64,000 nucleotides of DNA, taken from the NCBI GenBank assembly GCA_963668355.1, contig OY764265.1, positions 1,664,001 through 1,728,000 of the forward strand, read 5' to 3'. This DNA is from Bdellovibrionota bacterium (GTDB lineage: Bacteria > Bdellovibrionota_G > JALEGL01 > DATDPG01). The notes under the pieces were generated by a model. That model was not told where the DNA came from. It did not search any database and saw only the letters and a list, made by a program, of their open reading frames with translations. The position numbers were made by a program, and so were the translations under genes. Positions 20,215 through 34,580 of the stretch are shown here, one piece after another. Position 1 is the stretch's first letter; every line of letters begins with the position of its first letter.

Positions 20215-21333
20215 CTAGGAATACAATAGGAAAGGTTCTCGGCGGGTTTTGTATTCTGCGAGATCTTCTTCCCAGCTTTGGACAATGTCAGCAAGTGAGA
20301 CGCCAGATAGCAGTTGCGTTCTTAGCTCGGAACTCCCTGCAAGAATGTCAAAAGGCATTTTTTGGGTTTCGTATTCGTAGGGTGGGGAAAGAAATTCGAA
20401 ATGATCTTCATGATCTTCCAGGATCACTTTCAAAATGCCGACAGCTGTGAGGACAGGTTGAAATACCTTTCGATCCAAAATATGAATTTGGGCTCCGAAA
20501 CACAACTCCTCTTTCCACTTATCGAACGTGGGTTCAAAACCAATGGGACGAAAATGAACACCCCGTAATTGGAGTGAGTTGAGTTTTTGACAGAGTGTGT
20601 GAGATTCCAGCCAAGGTGCTCCGAAACACTCGAACGGTCGTGTGGTGCCTCTTCCTTCGGAGAGGTTGGTCCCCTCTAGAAGTTCCATTCCCGGATACAC
20701 CAACGTAGAATCCAATGTGGGGAGATTGGGAGAGGGCATGACCCATTGAAGATTCAGTTGGTCAAAGAAATCTTTTCGTTTCCATTCGGTCATCGGCTCC
20801 ACGAAAAGGTCCAAATCCATGTTTCGTTCTGACTTCATCATTCGTGCGAGTTCTCCGATTGTAAGTCCATGACGAATGGGGATCTCATGAAGACCCACAA
20901 AACTAAAAAACTCTTTTTGTAGAATTGGTCCCTCGATATCCACGCCATTGATGGGGTTGGGGCGATCCAACACTCGAACCGACACGCCTTCTTCACTACA
21001 AGCCTCCATGACGTTGAGCAGTGTCCACACGTAGGTATAACCGCGGGCTCCGACGTCCTGAAGGTCCACAATGATCTGGTCGATGCCTTTGAGCATTTCG
21101 GCCGTGGGTTTTCGAACGTCGCCGTAAAGACTGTGGATGGGAATCCCCCGAATCGTGTCTTGGCTACTTTCCACTTCGATCATATTGGCCTGCGTGTGTC
21201 CTGAAAAACCATGCTGGGGCGAAAAAATGGCTGCCAGAGGAATGCCAGCCCGAACCAACACGTCGGCGGTGTGCTCAAGGGTCGAGGTCACGGAAGCTTG
21301 ATTGGCTAAGAGAGCTACTTTCGGGTTGGCCAT
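20215..21333 (-). CDS. namZ: Exo-beta-N-acetylmuramidase NamZ / DUF1343 family
   Basis: FSPQHG, DLQDVGARGYTY, VLDRPNP and EGTNLSEGRGTTRPFE motifs. Confidence 0.9.
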   Translation of the reverse strand: MANPKVALLANQASVTSTLEHTADVLVRAGIPLAAIFSPQHGFSGHTQANMIEVESSQDTIRGIPIHSLYGDVRKPTAEMLKGIDQIIVDLQDVGARGYTYVWTLLNVMEACSEEGVSVRVLDRPNPINGVDIEGPILQKEFFSFVGLHEIPIRHGLTIGELARMMKSERNMDLDLFVEPMTEWKRKDFFDQLNLQWVMPSPNLPTLDSTLVYPGMELLEGTNLSEGRGTTRPFECFGAPWLESHTLCQKLNSLQLRGVHFRPIGFEPTFDKWKEELCFGAQIHILDRKVFQPVLTAVGILKVILEDHEDHFEFLSPPYEYETQKMPFDILAGSSELRTQLLSGVSLADIVQSWEEDLAEYKTRREPFLLYS

Positions 21334-21427
21334 GTCGTTATCATACGCTCATACCCGCAAGTACGAGGAGGTTTTTCTAGTTTCCGAAGCGCATTTGCAA
21401 ACGTACTCGAAGGAAAAGAAAGACGGA

Positions 21428-22561
21428 CTAGTTGGTCGAAGAAAAAAAATCCAATTGAAGTTTGCGTATTCCCCAAAGTGCCCACACCAAGCCCAGTAAG
21501 AGAAAAGTGGACGACATCGAAGAAGAACAGCCCGTGCTTGAAACTCTGCCTCCGTTCCCGTTTACTTCACCCTGGGTCGCTTCTAACGATGGGTCGGAAG
21601 AGTCATCTGCCTGGACATCGTCCGAAAATGAATCTCCGTTTTCGTCGGGACCGATTTCTTCGTTGGTGGGAGGGTCGGGCGGCATCTCGATGTCGTCCAA
21701 TGAATCAGGTAAGCCGTTGTAGAATTTGAAATTGTCAATTTGCCAGCCAAAGGAACTCGACGGAGCATACATGCCGCCATACATGGAGGGAGCGGCAACT
21801 CTTTTGAAAAGATCTGAATCTTCATCTCGGTAGCGGTAATCATCGATGTCCAAAATCAAGCATCCGTCAATCCAGAAGCGGGCGATACCATTGGCTTCGG
21901 AGGCGGGCACGTTGAGCTTTGTATGCATACGGAAATTATGCCAACGGCCGACCATCCATTCGTCTACGCTCAGGCCGTTCAATTTGCCTTGAATACAACT
22001 AAGCGAAGAGAGGGAGACTTTTCGGTTGCCATGGCCTCCGTCTTCGCCCACGGGTTCATTCCGGTTGCTTACGATGTCCCAGGTATTCCAGTTGTCGCCA
22101 ATCGGACGAACGATATGATTGAAATTGCGATTGTACTCGCCTTCAAAAAACTTACCTTCCAACCAAATCCATTTGATGTCGTATTCTTTGTCGGCATTGG
22201 CGTCGACAAATGCCCAAAAATCGAGAAACAATTCGTCGGTAATGTCGTAGTCCCAAAGTTCCGACACGCCTATTTTGGCAAAGCGGCTTTGGGCCGTAGG
22301 GTCTGTGGTTAGTCCCGTGATGGGGTCCGTAAAATCGCTGAACCAATTTCCCCGCAGGCAATTGTCTTCCAGGCAATTTGCCCCTTCTGATTGTCCCACC
22401 ACCCCCTTCGCACAAGGATTCTCCTCAAGCCATATGTTTTCATCAATGGTTGCAGGGCTATTAAAGGTCTCTTCGAAAACAAGTTCTTGCCCCAAAACCG
22501 GCCATGCCGAAAATACGACAAGAAGAAATTGTGAAACCAAGAATTTTTGTCCCTTACGCAT
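21428..22561 (-). CDS. Secreted beta-sandwich (polysaccharide-lyase/ConA-like) protein with MYXO-CTERM-like anchor
   Basis: Signal peptide; GRWH..MH.KLN...NGIARFWIDG; IDNFKF; acidic linker; SSTGCSS, TM helix, RK tail. Confidence 0.65.
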   Translation of the reverse strand: MRKGQKFLVSQFLLVVFSAWPVLGQELVFEETFNSPATIDENIWLEENPCAKGVVGQSEGANCLEDNCLRGNWFSDFTDPITGLTTDPTAQSRFAKIGVSELWDYDITDELFLDFWAFVDANADKEYDIKWIWLEGKFFEGEYNRNFNHIVRPIGDNWNTWDIVSNRNEPVGEDGGHGNRKVSLSSLSCIQGKLNGLSVDEWMVGRWHNFRMHTKLNVPASEANGIARFWIDGCLILDIDDYRYRDEDSDLFKRVAAPSMYGGMYAPSSSFGWQIDNFKFYNGLPDSLDDIEMPPDPPTNEEIGPDENGDSFSDDVQADDSSDPSLEATQGEVNGNGGRVSSTGCSSSMSSTFLLLGLVWALWGIRKLQLDFFSSTN

Positions 22562-22721
22562 ATTTTCTTCCCTTAAGGAATGCTAAAGTCATGCCAAATA
22601 TTCCCGCCAAAATCTTAAAAAACTTCATTAATATTCATAGCTTAATGAGGGCCAAGTTGAGCTTGTGGCGGGGCCAAGAAAAAGTCGGAAAAGAATGCAG
22701 ACTCTCAACATTTTTTGCCGA

Positions 22722-23555
22722 TCAATCTAAGAAAAGATCGGGATGTAAAGACGTACCTGGTTTCACCGCATATTTTTCAAAGTTTGTTACACCTTCGTCA
22801 CGCAAAACATCTTCGTCAATAAAGAAGTTCCCCGTGCATTCTTGACTGGGTTTCGTGAGAATGGCCCAGGCTGCATTGGCCATGATCTCCACCGTTCGGC
22901 TTGCCTCAATCATGGGTTGTCCCCCCAATAGATTTTTTACGGCGACAGTGGCAATTGTCGTTTTGGGCCACAAAGCATTCACGGCAATGTTGTGGGGACG
23001 AAATTCTTCCGCCATGCCCAACACCCAAAAACTCATGGCATATTTGGAAGCCGTGTAGGCTGCGTGATCCTTAAAATGTTTTGTCGCAACATTTATGGGG
23101 GGCGAAAGATTCAGGACGTGAGGATTGGACGCTTTTTTTAGATACGGGAGGGCGAACTTTGTCAAAAGATAGCTTCCTCGTGCATTGATTTGCCAAACCC
23201 GATCCAACATTTTAATGGTCGTTTGTTCGGTGTTTGTGAGGCTGATGGCGCTGGCATTGTTGATGACGATGTCGATTCCACCAAACTGCTCCACGGCGGC
23301 ATGGATTGTTTTCTCAATTTGTTCCTCAGAACGAACATCCGTTTTCAAGGGAAGGGCTTTTCCTCCGGCTTTTTCAATCTCTTCTGCGGCTGAAAATATG
23401 GTGCCGGGAAGCTTGGATCGTACTTTGGTGGTTTTGGCAGCTAGAACGATGTTGGCTCCATCCCGAGCAGCTCGAAGGCCGATGGCTTTGCCAATGCCAC
23501 GGCTTCCTCCAGATATAAGAAGTGTTTTTCCCTTAAGAGATTGTTTGTTGGACAT
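22722..23555 (-). CDS. Short-chain dehydrogenase/reductase (HSDL2-like)
   Basis: SGGSRGIG, NNASAI, YTASK, VNALWP and GNFFIDEDVL motifs. Confidence 0.9.
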   Translation of the reverse strand: MSNKQSLKGKTLLISGGSRGIGKAIGLRAARDGANIVLAAKTTKVRSKLPGTIFSAAEEIEKAGGKALPLKTDVRSEEQIEKTIHAAVEQFGGIDIVINNASAISLTNTEQTTIKMLDRVWQINARGSYLLTKFALPYLKKASNPHVLNLSPPINVATKHFKDHAAYTASKYAMSFWVLGMAEEFRPHNIAVNALWPKTTIATVAVKNLLGGQPMIEASRTVEIMANAAWAILTKPSQECTGNFFIDEDVLRDEGVTNFEKYAVKPGTSLHPDLFLD

Positions 23556-23588
23556 CAGAACGAAAACATACCCGGGATTAAATTTTCC

Positions 23589-24329
23589 CTAAAGGGCTAG
23601 TCCAAATTTAGCGAGAAATTCTTGAGGGGATTTTTCTTGGAACGAGGGTGGCTCAGGGGGCCAGGAAAGTTCACCGTTGGTGGCGGCAAGGGCTCGAATT
23701 TCATAGGAAGAATATTGATTTCGCAAGCGAGAAGCAGCCTCCCAATCAAATGGGCTGTCTCCGATGACCAAAACATGGCTTAGCGGGGCCGTGTCTTCCG
23801 TTTCGATGGCACGAATGGCCAATGCCATTCCAGAAGATTCGGGCTTTGAAAGATATTCCGAAGACCTCGGAAAATATCCCAACCATTTTGGAAGGGGTCG
23901 ACCCATGGACATGAGAAACGTGTTAATGGCATTTAAGGCCTTTTGAGTTCCCAGTTCCCCGTTGTTTGTGACCAAGGTCATTCGGACGCCTTGTTGATTC
24001 CATGCGCTTAAGCGAAACAACATGGATTCAATGAGGTGAATGTGCTCAATGTTTTTTTCTTCTTGAGAATTGAGATTCGAATAGATCTCTTCACGCAAAC
24101 ATTGAACCTCCTCACTTGATTTGATTGTTTCCAAATAAACGAGGGCTGCCTCCAAGGTTGTGAGGATGGGGCGAAAAGTTTGATTCCACCCATATGGTAA
24201 AAAAATTTCAGCCAATTCTTCCCGCCAGCGATCAATGGTTCCCTCTTTCATTTCAAAACGGACCAAGGTTTTGTCGAGATCCCAGATGATTCCGAGGTGT
24301 TTAGGAGAGTCAATCACCGAAAAGTTCAT
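23589..24329 (-). CDS. HAD-superfamily hydrolase
   Basis: WDLDKTL motif I, VTNN, KP and IGDSPFD motifs. Confidence 0.8.
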   Translation of the reverse strand: MNFSVIDSPKHLGIIWDLDKTLVRFEMKEGTIDRWREELAEIFLPYGWNQTFRPILTTLEAALVYLETIKSSEEVQCLREEIYSNLNSQEEKNIEHIHLIESMLFRLSAWNQQGVRMTLVTNNGELGTQKALNAINTFLMSMGRPLPKWLGYFPRSSEYLSKPESSGMALAIRAIETEDTAPLSHVLVIGDSPFDWEAASRLRNQYSSYEIRALAATNGELSWPPEPPSFQEKSPQEFLAKFGLAL

Positions 24330-26178
24330 CTTTCATGGCAAAAACATTTCCGAAATGTCTCATCACACGCAGGCCAATTTTGGGCTGAGGTAAAGGCAAG
24401 TGGTCGCCTAAAGCTAAACAGCATGCGGCCAATGGAAGATTCAATCCTGCAGCCACGGTCAGACTGATCGTTCCGGGAATTCGCGGATTGACTTCGATGA
24501 GTTGTGGTTTTCCTTGTTTGTTTCTTCGGAACTGCACATTGTTCAAGTAAGACAGTTTTAGAGTTTTTATCACTGTTTCGGCTGCTTCCTGAACGTCGGA
24601 CTCTTCAACCACTTCTGAAACCGTCGCTAACCCCCCAGTTGCTGCCAGCCGCAATCGAACGACGGAAGCGAGAGGCTCTCCCTCTCTGGCCAAGACGTCG
24701 ACGCTGTATTCTTTTCCAGGAAGATACGCCACAGCTAACTTGGGCCAATCATCTGGATCATTGCTTAACAGCTCATCCAATTCATGGGGTAAGGAAGGGA
24801 CCTCTTCTTGGAATCGCGTTTTGAGCCAGGCTTCGATTTCTTCCATGCTCCACCACTTTCGCCCTTGGGTGGGGGCTGGGTCGTGGGAGGGTCGGCCAAC
24901 GCAAAACATCCCAGCTCCACCGGTTCCTTGATCAGATTTCAGCAAGGCCGCTCCATGAGCCTGAGTCATTTCGCGCAAAGCCGGAAGAACTTCTTTGGGG
25001 TTTTTTAAAATTTGATGGTGTGGAAGGAGGTCAGGGTTCGAGTGGATCAAAGATTCAAAGAGGGCGGTCTTTCGATTGGCCTTTGCGATGGCCGTATGGT
25101 TCGAAACTACCACAGGGACATCAAACTCCTTTTGAATTTCCGGGCGAGAGAAATAGTCTTGATCCGCTGTGGATAAAGGCAAGATGAGATCGGCTCGGGC
25201 TTTTTTGACCTCGTGTTTGATCTGCTCCAAAAAATTCGAACTGGATCGAGGAGGAAGCAGAACTTGTTCGTCGCAACGATATAAACCCGCAGCCGTAGGG
25301 CGAATGTCTGCACCAATTAACGTCCAATTTGGAGCTTGTCTTTTTAGATCCTTTTCAAAGCCATGAACGGCTTCGTTTCCGACGCTGGTAAGAAATACGC
25401 GCACCGGCTTTTGCCACGAACGTTGTGGTCCGTCGATTTCACAAAGATGTTGCTTTCGATGTTTTTCGGCGAGGATGTTTAAGGTGCTCCCAGCGTAGGC
25501 CGGATGGGCCTTGAGCCAACCAATGAGTTCATGAAAAAAGTCGAGAAGGCCTTTTTGTTGTTTTTGAACAAACGGATCAAAATCTTTTTTGGATGCTCGG
25601 TTTAAGGGTGTTTTGGTTTTTTGAAGATGCTCTTTAAGTTGTCGATAGCCTTGGAGGTTGCAGGCATTTAAGGCAAGGAGTGTTGGATGAAAGTTAAAAA
25701 CCGTGGAACCAAAAGAACGAAAAATGCGAGGATGTGGGAAAGGATGCCCTTTTTCTAGGTGCACATCGTCCTCCCAGGCAATGCCAATGCGAACGATCCC
25801 GCAGGCATCTTGAATGGGATGGATTTCTTTCAGACCCATCAGAAGATCCGAAGAATCGTATAGAAGTCCACATTCTGCATAGGCTTCACCCAAGGGCGTG
25901 GAGCGAACCAATTGATGACTTCGTACGCCTTTGGCTTTGGGTACGAGTTCCTTCATGGTTTGGAGGACTTCCAACACTGTGCTGCCATGGGAGGAATTGG
26001 CTAGGAAGTTTGGATGCCACCCCAATTCAACATGCTTGGATGCCTTTAAGTCTTTCAAGATGGGACTTGCGTGTGTAACGAAGAAAGTTCCTTGAAATTT
26101 TTTTTGTTCAAGGAGATCAAGCGTTTCTTTGATGGCCCAATCAGGTGCCCAGTCTTCATCAAACGTCAAATGAATCAT
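24310..26178 (-). CDS. Fusion of polysaccharide deacetylase (WbmS-like) and ATP-grasp ligase
   Basis: N-terminal LTFDEDWAPD, ELGWHPNF, RSH and FNFHP; C-terminal GKEYSVD, NVQF and LIEVNPR. Confidence 0.8.
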   Translation of the reverse strand: MIHLTFDEDWAPDWAIKETLDLLEQKKFQGTFFVTHASPILKDLKASKHVELGWHPNFLANSSHGSTVLEVLQTMKELVPKAKGVRSHQLVRSTPLGEAYAECGLLYDSSDLLMGLKEIHPIQDACGIVRIGIAWEDDVHLEKGHPFPHPRIFRSFGSTVFNFHPTLLALNACNLQGYRQLKEHLQKTKTPLNRASKKDFDPFVQKQQKGLLDFFHELIGWLKAHPAYAGSTLNILAEKHRKQHLCEIDGPQRSWQKPVRVFLTSVGNEAVHGFEKDLKRQAPNWTLIGADIRPTAAGLYRCDEQVLLPPRSSSNFLEQIKHEVKKARADLILPLSTADQDYFSRPEIQKEFDVPVVVSNHTAIAKANRKTALFESLIHSNPDLLPHHQILKNPKEVLPALREMTQAHGAALLKSDQGTGGAGMFCVGRPSHDPAPTQGRKWWSMEEIEAWLKTRFQEEVPSLPHELDELLSNDPDDWPKLAVAYLPGKEYSVDVLAREGEPLASVVRLRLAATGGLATVSEVVEESDVQEAAETVIKTLKLSYLNNVQFRRNKQGKPQLIEVNPRIPGTISLTVAAGLNLPLAACCLALGDHLPLPQPKIGLRVMRHFGNVFAMKDELFGD

Positions 26179-26292
26179 ACATTTCTCAGTGGTTTCTCGT
26201 AGCCTATCATTCTTGCTCTGAATGAGGAGGAATGTTTAATGAGTTTTTTCGCCGGTTAATCTTTGTGTTGGGTTTTCGTTTTTTTCCACACC

Positions 26293-26321
26293 TTGACAAA
26301 AGGGTCTGTCTTGACTAGTTT
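26293..26321 (+). promoter_or_regulatory. sigma70-type promoter for the aminomutase gene
   Basis: TTGACA-N17-TAGTTT. Confidence 0.55.
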
Positions 26322-26537
26322 GCGCCCGATCAAGTCGTTTCTACAGGAATGTTTTCAGCCAAAACCTTCGCATTGTAGCCGAAGAGTCGATGAATCTTCG
26401 GCCAAACCGTCAAAACTTCAGTCTCTTCAGCGGATCATTGTGGACGGTTGTTTTTACGGCCTCGAAAAGAAGTTGATGTTCAAGGTGTCGGTCGTGAGAT
26501 GGATGCGTTTGTGTTCCCAATCAATGGAGGGAGAAGG

Positions 26538-28013
26538 ATGAGTCAAACGAAGGATATGAAAGAAATTACCCCACCTCAAACGGTCGCGGATCTTCCGGAT
26601 GAAATTGCCGAACGACCCGCATTGCAAGGGTTGGCGGATGTTCCGGTTCCTGAAGCCAAAAAAGACATTGTTCCTGAGAACGAATTGGAACATCGGGAAT
26701 TTGATGACTCACCGTTTTGGAGGCATATCCCCGAGTTCGCAGACGTTTCCAGAGAGGAATTCATGTCCTCACGTTTTCAAATGAAAAACAGCGTGACCGG
26801 GGCTGAGAAGCTTCGGGGATTGGTTTCTGGACTGACTTCGGAAGCCTTTTTGAACGACGTTGAAAAAGGGTTGAAAGAGGCTCCCATGAATGTGCGTGTA
26901 ACGCCCTATTTATTGAGCCTCATTGATTGGAAAAACCCTTACGCCGATCCCATTCGGATCCAGTTTTTGCCTGTGGCCTCCACGCGCCTACCGGATCATC
27001 CGCGATTGAGTTTGGACTCTTTGCACGAGCGGAATGATTCTCCCACGCCCGGTTTGGTTCATCGCTATCCCGATAAGGCTTTGTTCCTTCCCCTGGATGT
27101 GTGCCCGGTATACTGCCGTTTTTGTACCCGTAGTTACGCGATTGGTGGGAGCACAGACACTGTGGAGAAGGATGGTTACAAGCCGGTCAATGAACGTTGG
27201 GAGAGAGCCTTTGCCTATCTAGCGTCGCGACAAGAGATTGAAGATGTCGTGGTTTCAGGAGGAGATACCTATATGTTGCCTCCGGAGCGGTTACGCGAAA
27301 TTCTTTCGGTATTGCTCGACATTCCTCACATTCGTCGGGTGCGCATTGCCAGCAAAGGACCAGCAGTGATGCCCATGCGCATTCTCTCTGATACAAAATG
27401 GACGGACACATTGTGTGAAATGGTAGACGTTGGACGTAGACAGTCCAAGGAAGTGTGTTTGCACACGCACTTTAATTGTCCAGAAGAGATTACGGACGTG
27501 AGTCGTAAGGCCATGGACCTGTTGTTTAAACGAGGCGTGGTTGTTAGAAACCAGAGTGTGTTGATCCGCGGTGTGAATGATGATTCTGATCGCATGGCCA
27601 CGTTGGTCAAGCAGCTGTCTTGGATGAATGTACAACCTTACTATGTCTATCAACACGATATGGTTAAGGGTGTTGAGGAATTGCGCACTTCTCTGGATCA
27701 GAGCATGGAGGTCGAACGATCTGTGAGGGGCGTAACGGCTGGCTTTAATACGCCGACGTTTGTAACGGATGTGCCGGGTGGGGGTGGCAAGCGTGACCTG
27801 CACAGCTTCGATTACTACGATGACATCACAGGAGTGAGTGTGTATCGAAGTCCAGCGGTGGATGAAAGCAAAGCGTATTTGTACTTTGATCCCATTGATC
27901 AATTGCCAACCGAAGGTCAGGAACGTTGGGCAAGGCCGAAAGAACATCAGACGATTGTCAAAGAAGCCCTGTTGGCTGCGGGGCTATCCGGCAAGCGAGT
28001 GGCCACTCCTTAA
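26538..28013 (+). CDS. kamA: KamA-family radical SAM aminomutase (lysine 2,3-aminomutase-like)
   Basis: HRYPDK, CPVYCRFCTR, VVSGGD, HTHFN, NQSVL.RGVND and PGGGGK motifs; GGAGG upstream. Confidence 0.85.
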   Translation: MSQTKDMKEITPPQTVADLPDEIAERPALQGLADVPVPEAKKDIVPENELEHREFDDSPFWRHIPEFADVSREEFMSSRFQMKNSVTGAEKLRGLVSGLTSEAFLNDVEKGLKEAPMNVRVTPYLLSLIDWKNPYADPIRIQFLPVASTRLPDHPRLSLDSLHERNDSPTPGLVHRYPDKALFLPLDVCPVYCRFCTRSYAIGGSTDTVEKDGYKPVNERWERAFAYLASRQEIEDVVVSGGDTYMLPPERLREILSVLLDIPHIRRVRIASKGPAVMPMRILSDTKWTDTLCEMVDVGRRQSKEVCLHTHFNCPEEITDVSRKAMDLLFKRGVVVRNQSVLIRGVNDDSDRMATLVKQLSWMNVQPYYVYQHDMVKGVEELRTSLDQSMEVERSVRGVTAGFNTPTFVTDVPGGGGKRDLHSFDYYDDITGVSVYRSPAVDESKAYLYFDPIDQLPTEGQERWARPKEHQTIVKEALLAAGLSGKRVATP

Positions 28014-28095
28014 TTTTTCGATTCAAGCAAAGAACGCTTAAAGGGTTTCTCTGTTCTGAGTCTTCTGCCTCACTTATAGTATTTACGACAAAGCC

Positions 28096-28821
28096 ATGAC
28101 TTCGTCTGATTTACATCCGAATCTGTCTCTGGTTGTGTTGGCCTTTAATGAAGAGGCCTGTGTCGAATCTTTTTTGAAGGATTGCCTGGCTTTTTTGAAT
28201 TCGTTGCCGGGGACCCACGAGGTGTTGTTTGTGAACGATGGCTCTACGGATCGGACGAAAGAAATCGCTGAAAAACTTTCGAGGGAGGATTCGCGTATTC
28301 GCGTGTTTTCTCATCCCAAAAATTTGGGGATGGGGGCGGGAATGCGTACGGGATATGCCAATGCTCGGGGTGACTACATCAGCATTTTGGCGGCAGATGG
28401 GCAAAATCCCCCAGACTCTCTCTTGGAGCTTATGCCCAAGCTCAAGGAGGCTGATTTTGTCTTATCCATATATCGAAATCTGCCTCATACGTTTGGCCGG
28501 TTCATCCTGTCGAAGGGGTTAAGGGGGCTCATTCGTTTGTTTTTTGGGGTCTCGTTTCGTTTGGAGGGAATTTATTTGTTTCCCTTGAAACCCTTTCGGG
28601 AACACATTGGTCTTGAAAATATTCGATCGGATACGTTCTTCTTTACGTTTGAACTCATCATTCTGGCCCTTAGGAGAGGTCTTTCCCATAAAACGGTTTC
28701 GGTGTTTGTGAAACCCCGATTGGCCGGAAGTTCAAAGGTAGCAAATACTTCCCGAATTTGGAGGATTTTTAAGGAGCTCTCCTGGTTCCGGTGGCGGCTT
28801 TTTTTCGAAAAAAAATCATAA
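28096..28821 (+). CDS. Glycosyltransferase family 2 (polyprenol-phosphate hexosyltransferase-like)
   Basis: AFNEE, VNDGSTDRT, NLGMGAG, AADGQ and R..GSSK motifs. Confidence 0.9.
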   Translation: MTSSDLHPNLSLVVLAFNEEACVESFLKDCLAFLNSLPGTHEVLFVNDGSTDRTKEIAEKLSREDSRIRVFSHPKNLGMGAGMRTGYANARGDYISILAADGQNPPDSLLELMPKLKEADFVLSIYRNLPHTFGRFILSKGLRGLIRLFFGVSFRLEGIYLFPLKPFREHIGLENIRSDTFFFTFELIILALRRGLSHKTVSVFVKPRLAGSSKVANTSRIWRIFKELSWFRWRLFFEKKS

Positions 28822-28934
28822 GTTTTTAAATTTTTTATATCTTTTTTTGAACAAGCCCTATATACGCCCACACCTTGCTTGCGAGATTGAAAAATCCCTC
28901 AAGCAGGGCGTTTAAAAAACGGCGAAAAAAATCG

Positions 28935-28993
28935 ATATTTATTCGTTTTTTTTAAAGTTTTTTGTTGACGCGGGTCGCGGGTTTGTTTACAAA
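28935..28993 (+). promoter_or_regulatory. rRNA operon promoter with AT-rich UP element
   Basis: T-tracts, then TTGACG (28965-28970)-N17-TACAAA; boxA-like GGTCTTTGAAAA downstream. Confidence 0.65.
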
Positions 28994-29167
28994 CCGCGAC
29001 ACTTTCGGCCATTTTCTCGAAAGGGATTAAGTGGTTGAATTTGTTCGGTCTTTGAAAACTGAATAGCGAACAGTAAGGAAGCTTCGTGGGCCAAGTGCAA
29101 TTGACTTTTCAACCTCGAAAAACCCTCTTATCTGGGGGGCATGTATGGGGTTGATTCCAGAAAAATT

Positions 29168-30687
<1,520 letters not shown>

Positions 30688-30864
30688 TACGGAGAGTGGT
30701 GAAAATCACTCTGCCGAGGTCAAACACGAAGCAATTCTAGCCGAGCTCACTTACGTACTTGGCGTGAGCAAAGCGTTCGCTATTCAGTTTTTGGAGACCG
30801 AGCTTGATCTTTGAAAGCTCGAGAGGAAAAGGAATCGAAGGCCAAGTGAGCCTATGGCCGGAAG

Positions 30865-30941
30865 GGGCCTGTAGCTCAGTTGGTTAGAGCGTACGCCTGA
30901 TAAGCGTAAGGTCGGCCGTTCAAATCGGCCCAGGCCCACCA
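30865..30941 (+). tRNA. tRNA-Ile(GAT)
   Basis: 77-nt cloverleaf, anticodon loop CTGATAA, encoded CCA. Confidence 0.97.
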
Positions 30942-30950
30942 GATTTATCG

Positions 30951-31026
30951 GGGGGTGTAGCTCAGATGGGAGAGCGCCTGGTTTGCAACCAGGAGGTCAT
31001 CGGTTCGATCCCGTTCACCTCCACCA
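30951..31026 (+). tRNA. tRNA-Ala(TGC)
   Basis: 76-nt cloverleaf, anticodon loop TTTGCAA, encoded CCA. Confidence 0.97.
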
Positions 31027-31124
31027 GCCTTCGCTTGCCGGAGGCGAACGAAGGCTGTCACGCCGAAGCTTTAGCGAAGGCGGACATCCTGCCAGTTAAG
31101 TAGAAGCTACGGCTGGGCAGGCCA
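31027..31124. repeat. GC-rich multi-hairpin (REP-like) element abutting tRNA-Ala
   Basis: AGCCTTCG...CGAAGGCT, CGCC...GGCG and CCTGCC...GGCAGG stems. Confidence 0.5.
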
Positions 31125-31309
31125 GATTCCTTCGGGTGAAATGATTTTTTTGTCGAATGTGTGAACATTGTTTCGGCAAAAAGAATTTCCGAAAGGGCAT
31201 GGCCCTTAGCGGAGCGATCTTTGAAAATTGCATATGTGAGATCATTTGATCAACATGATCAAATAGTAAAATGTTAATAATACTTCTTTGGATATTCTTT
31301 CCAATTTGG

Positions 31310-34328
<3,019 letters not shown>

Positions 34329-34422
34329 CAAATTGGATGGATATCCAAAGAAGAAGCAGCGTCTAACTCACATATGCAATGCAAAGAATTAAGCATTCGA
34401 TGGATTCGAATGCGACACGATT

Positions 34423-34538
<116 letters not shown>

Positions 34539-34546
34539 TTATAAAA

Positions 34547-34580
34547 GAAAAGGGCTCGACCGTAAGGTCGGGCCCTTTTC
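34547..34580 (+). terminator. Intrinsic terminator, rrn copy 1
   Basis: GAAAAGGGCTCGACC-GTAA-GGTCGGGCCCTTTTC. Confidence 0.85.

Noticed and set aside
19779..20450. 223-aa plus-strand ORF, and similar long antisense ORFs at 8374-9027 and 27291-27947
   Set aside because: Antisense shadows of well-supported genes with no motifs of their own.
26538..28013. EF-P beta-lysylation protein EpmB
   Set aside because: Considerably longer than typical EpmB and no efp/epmA neighbours.
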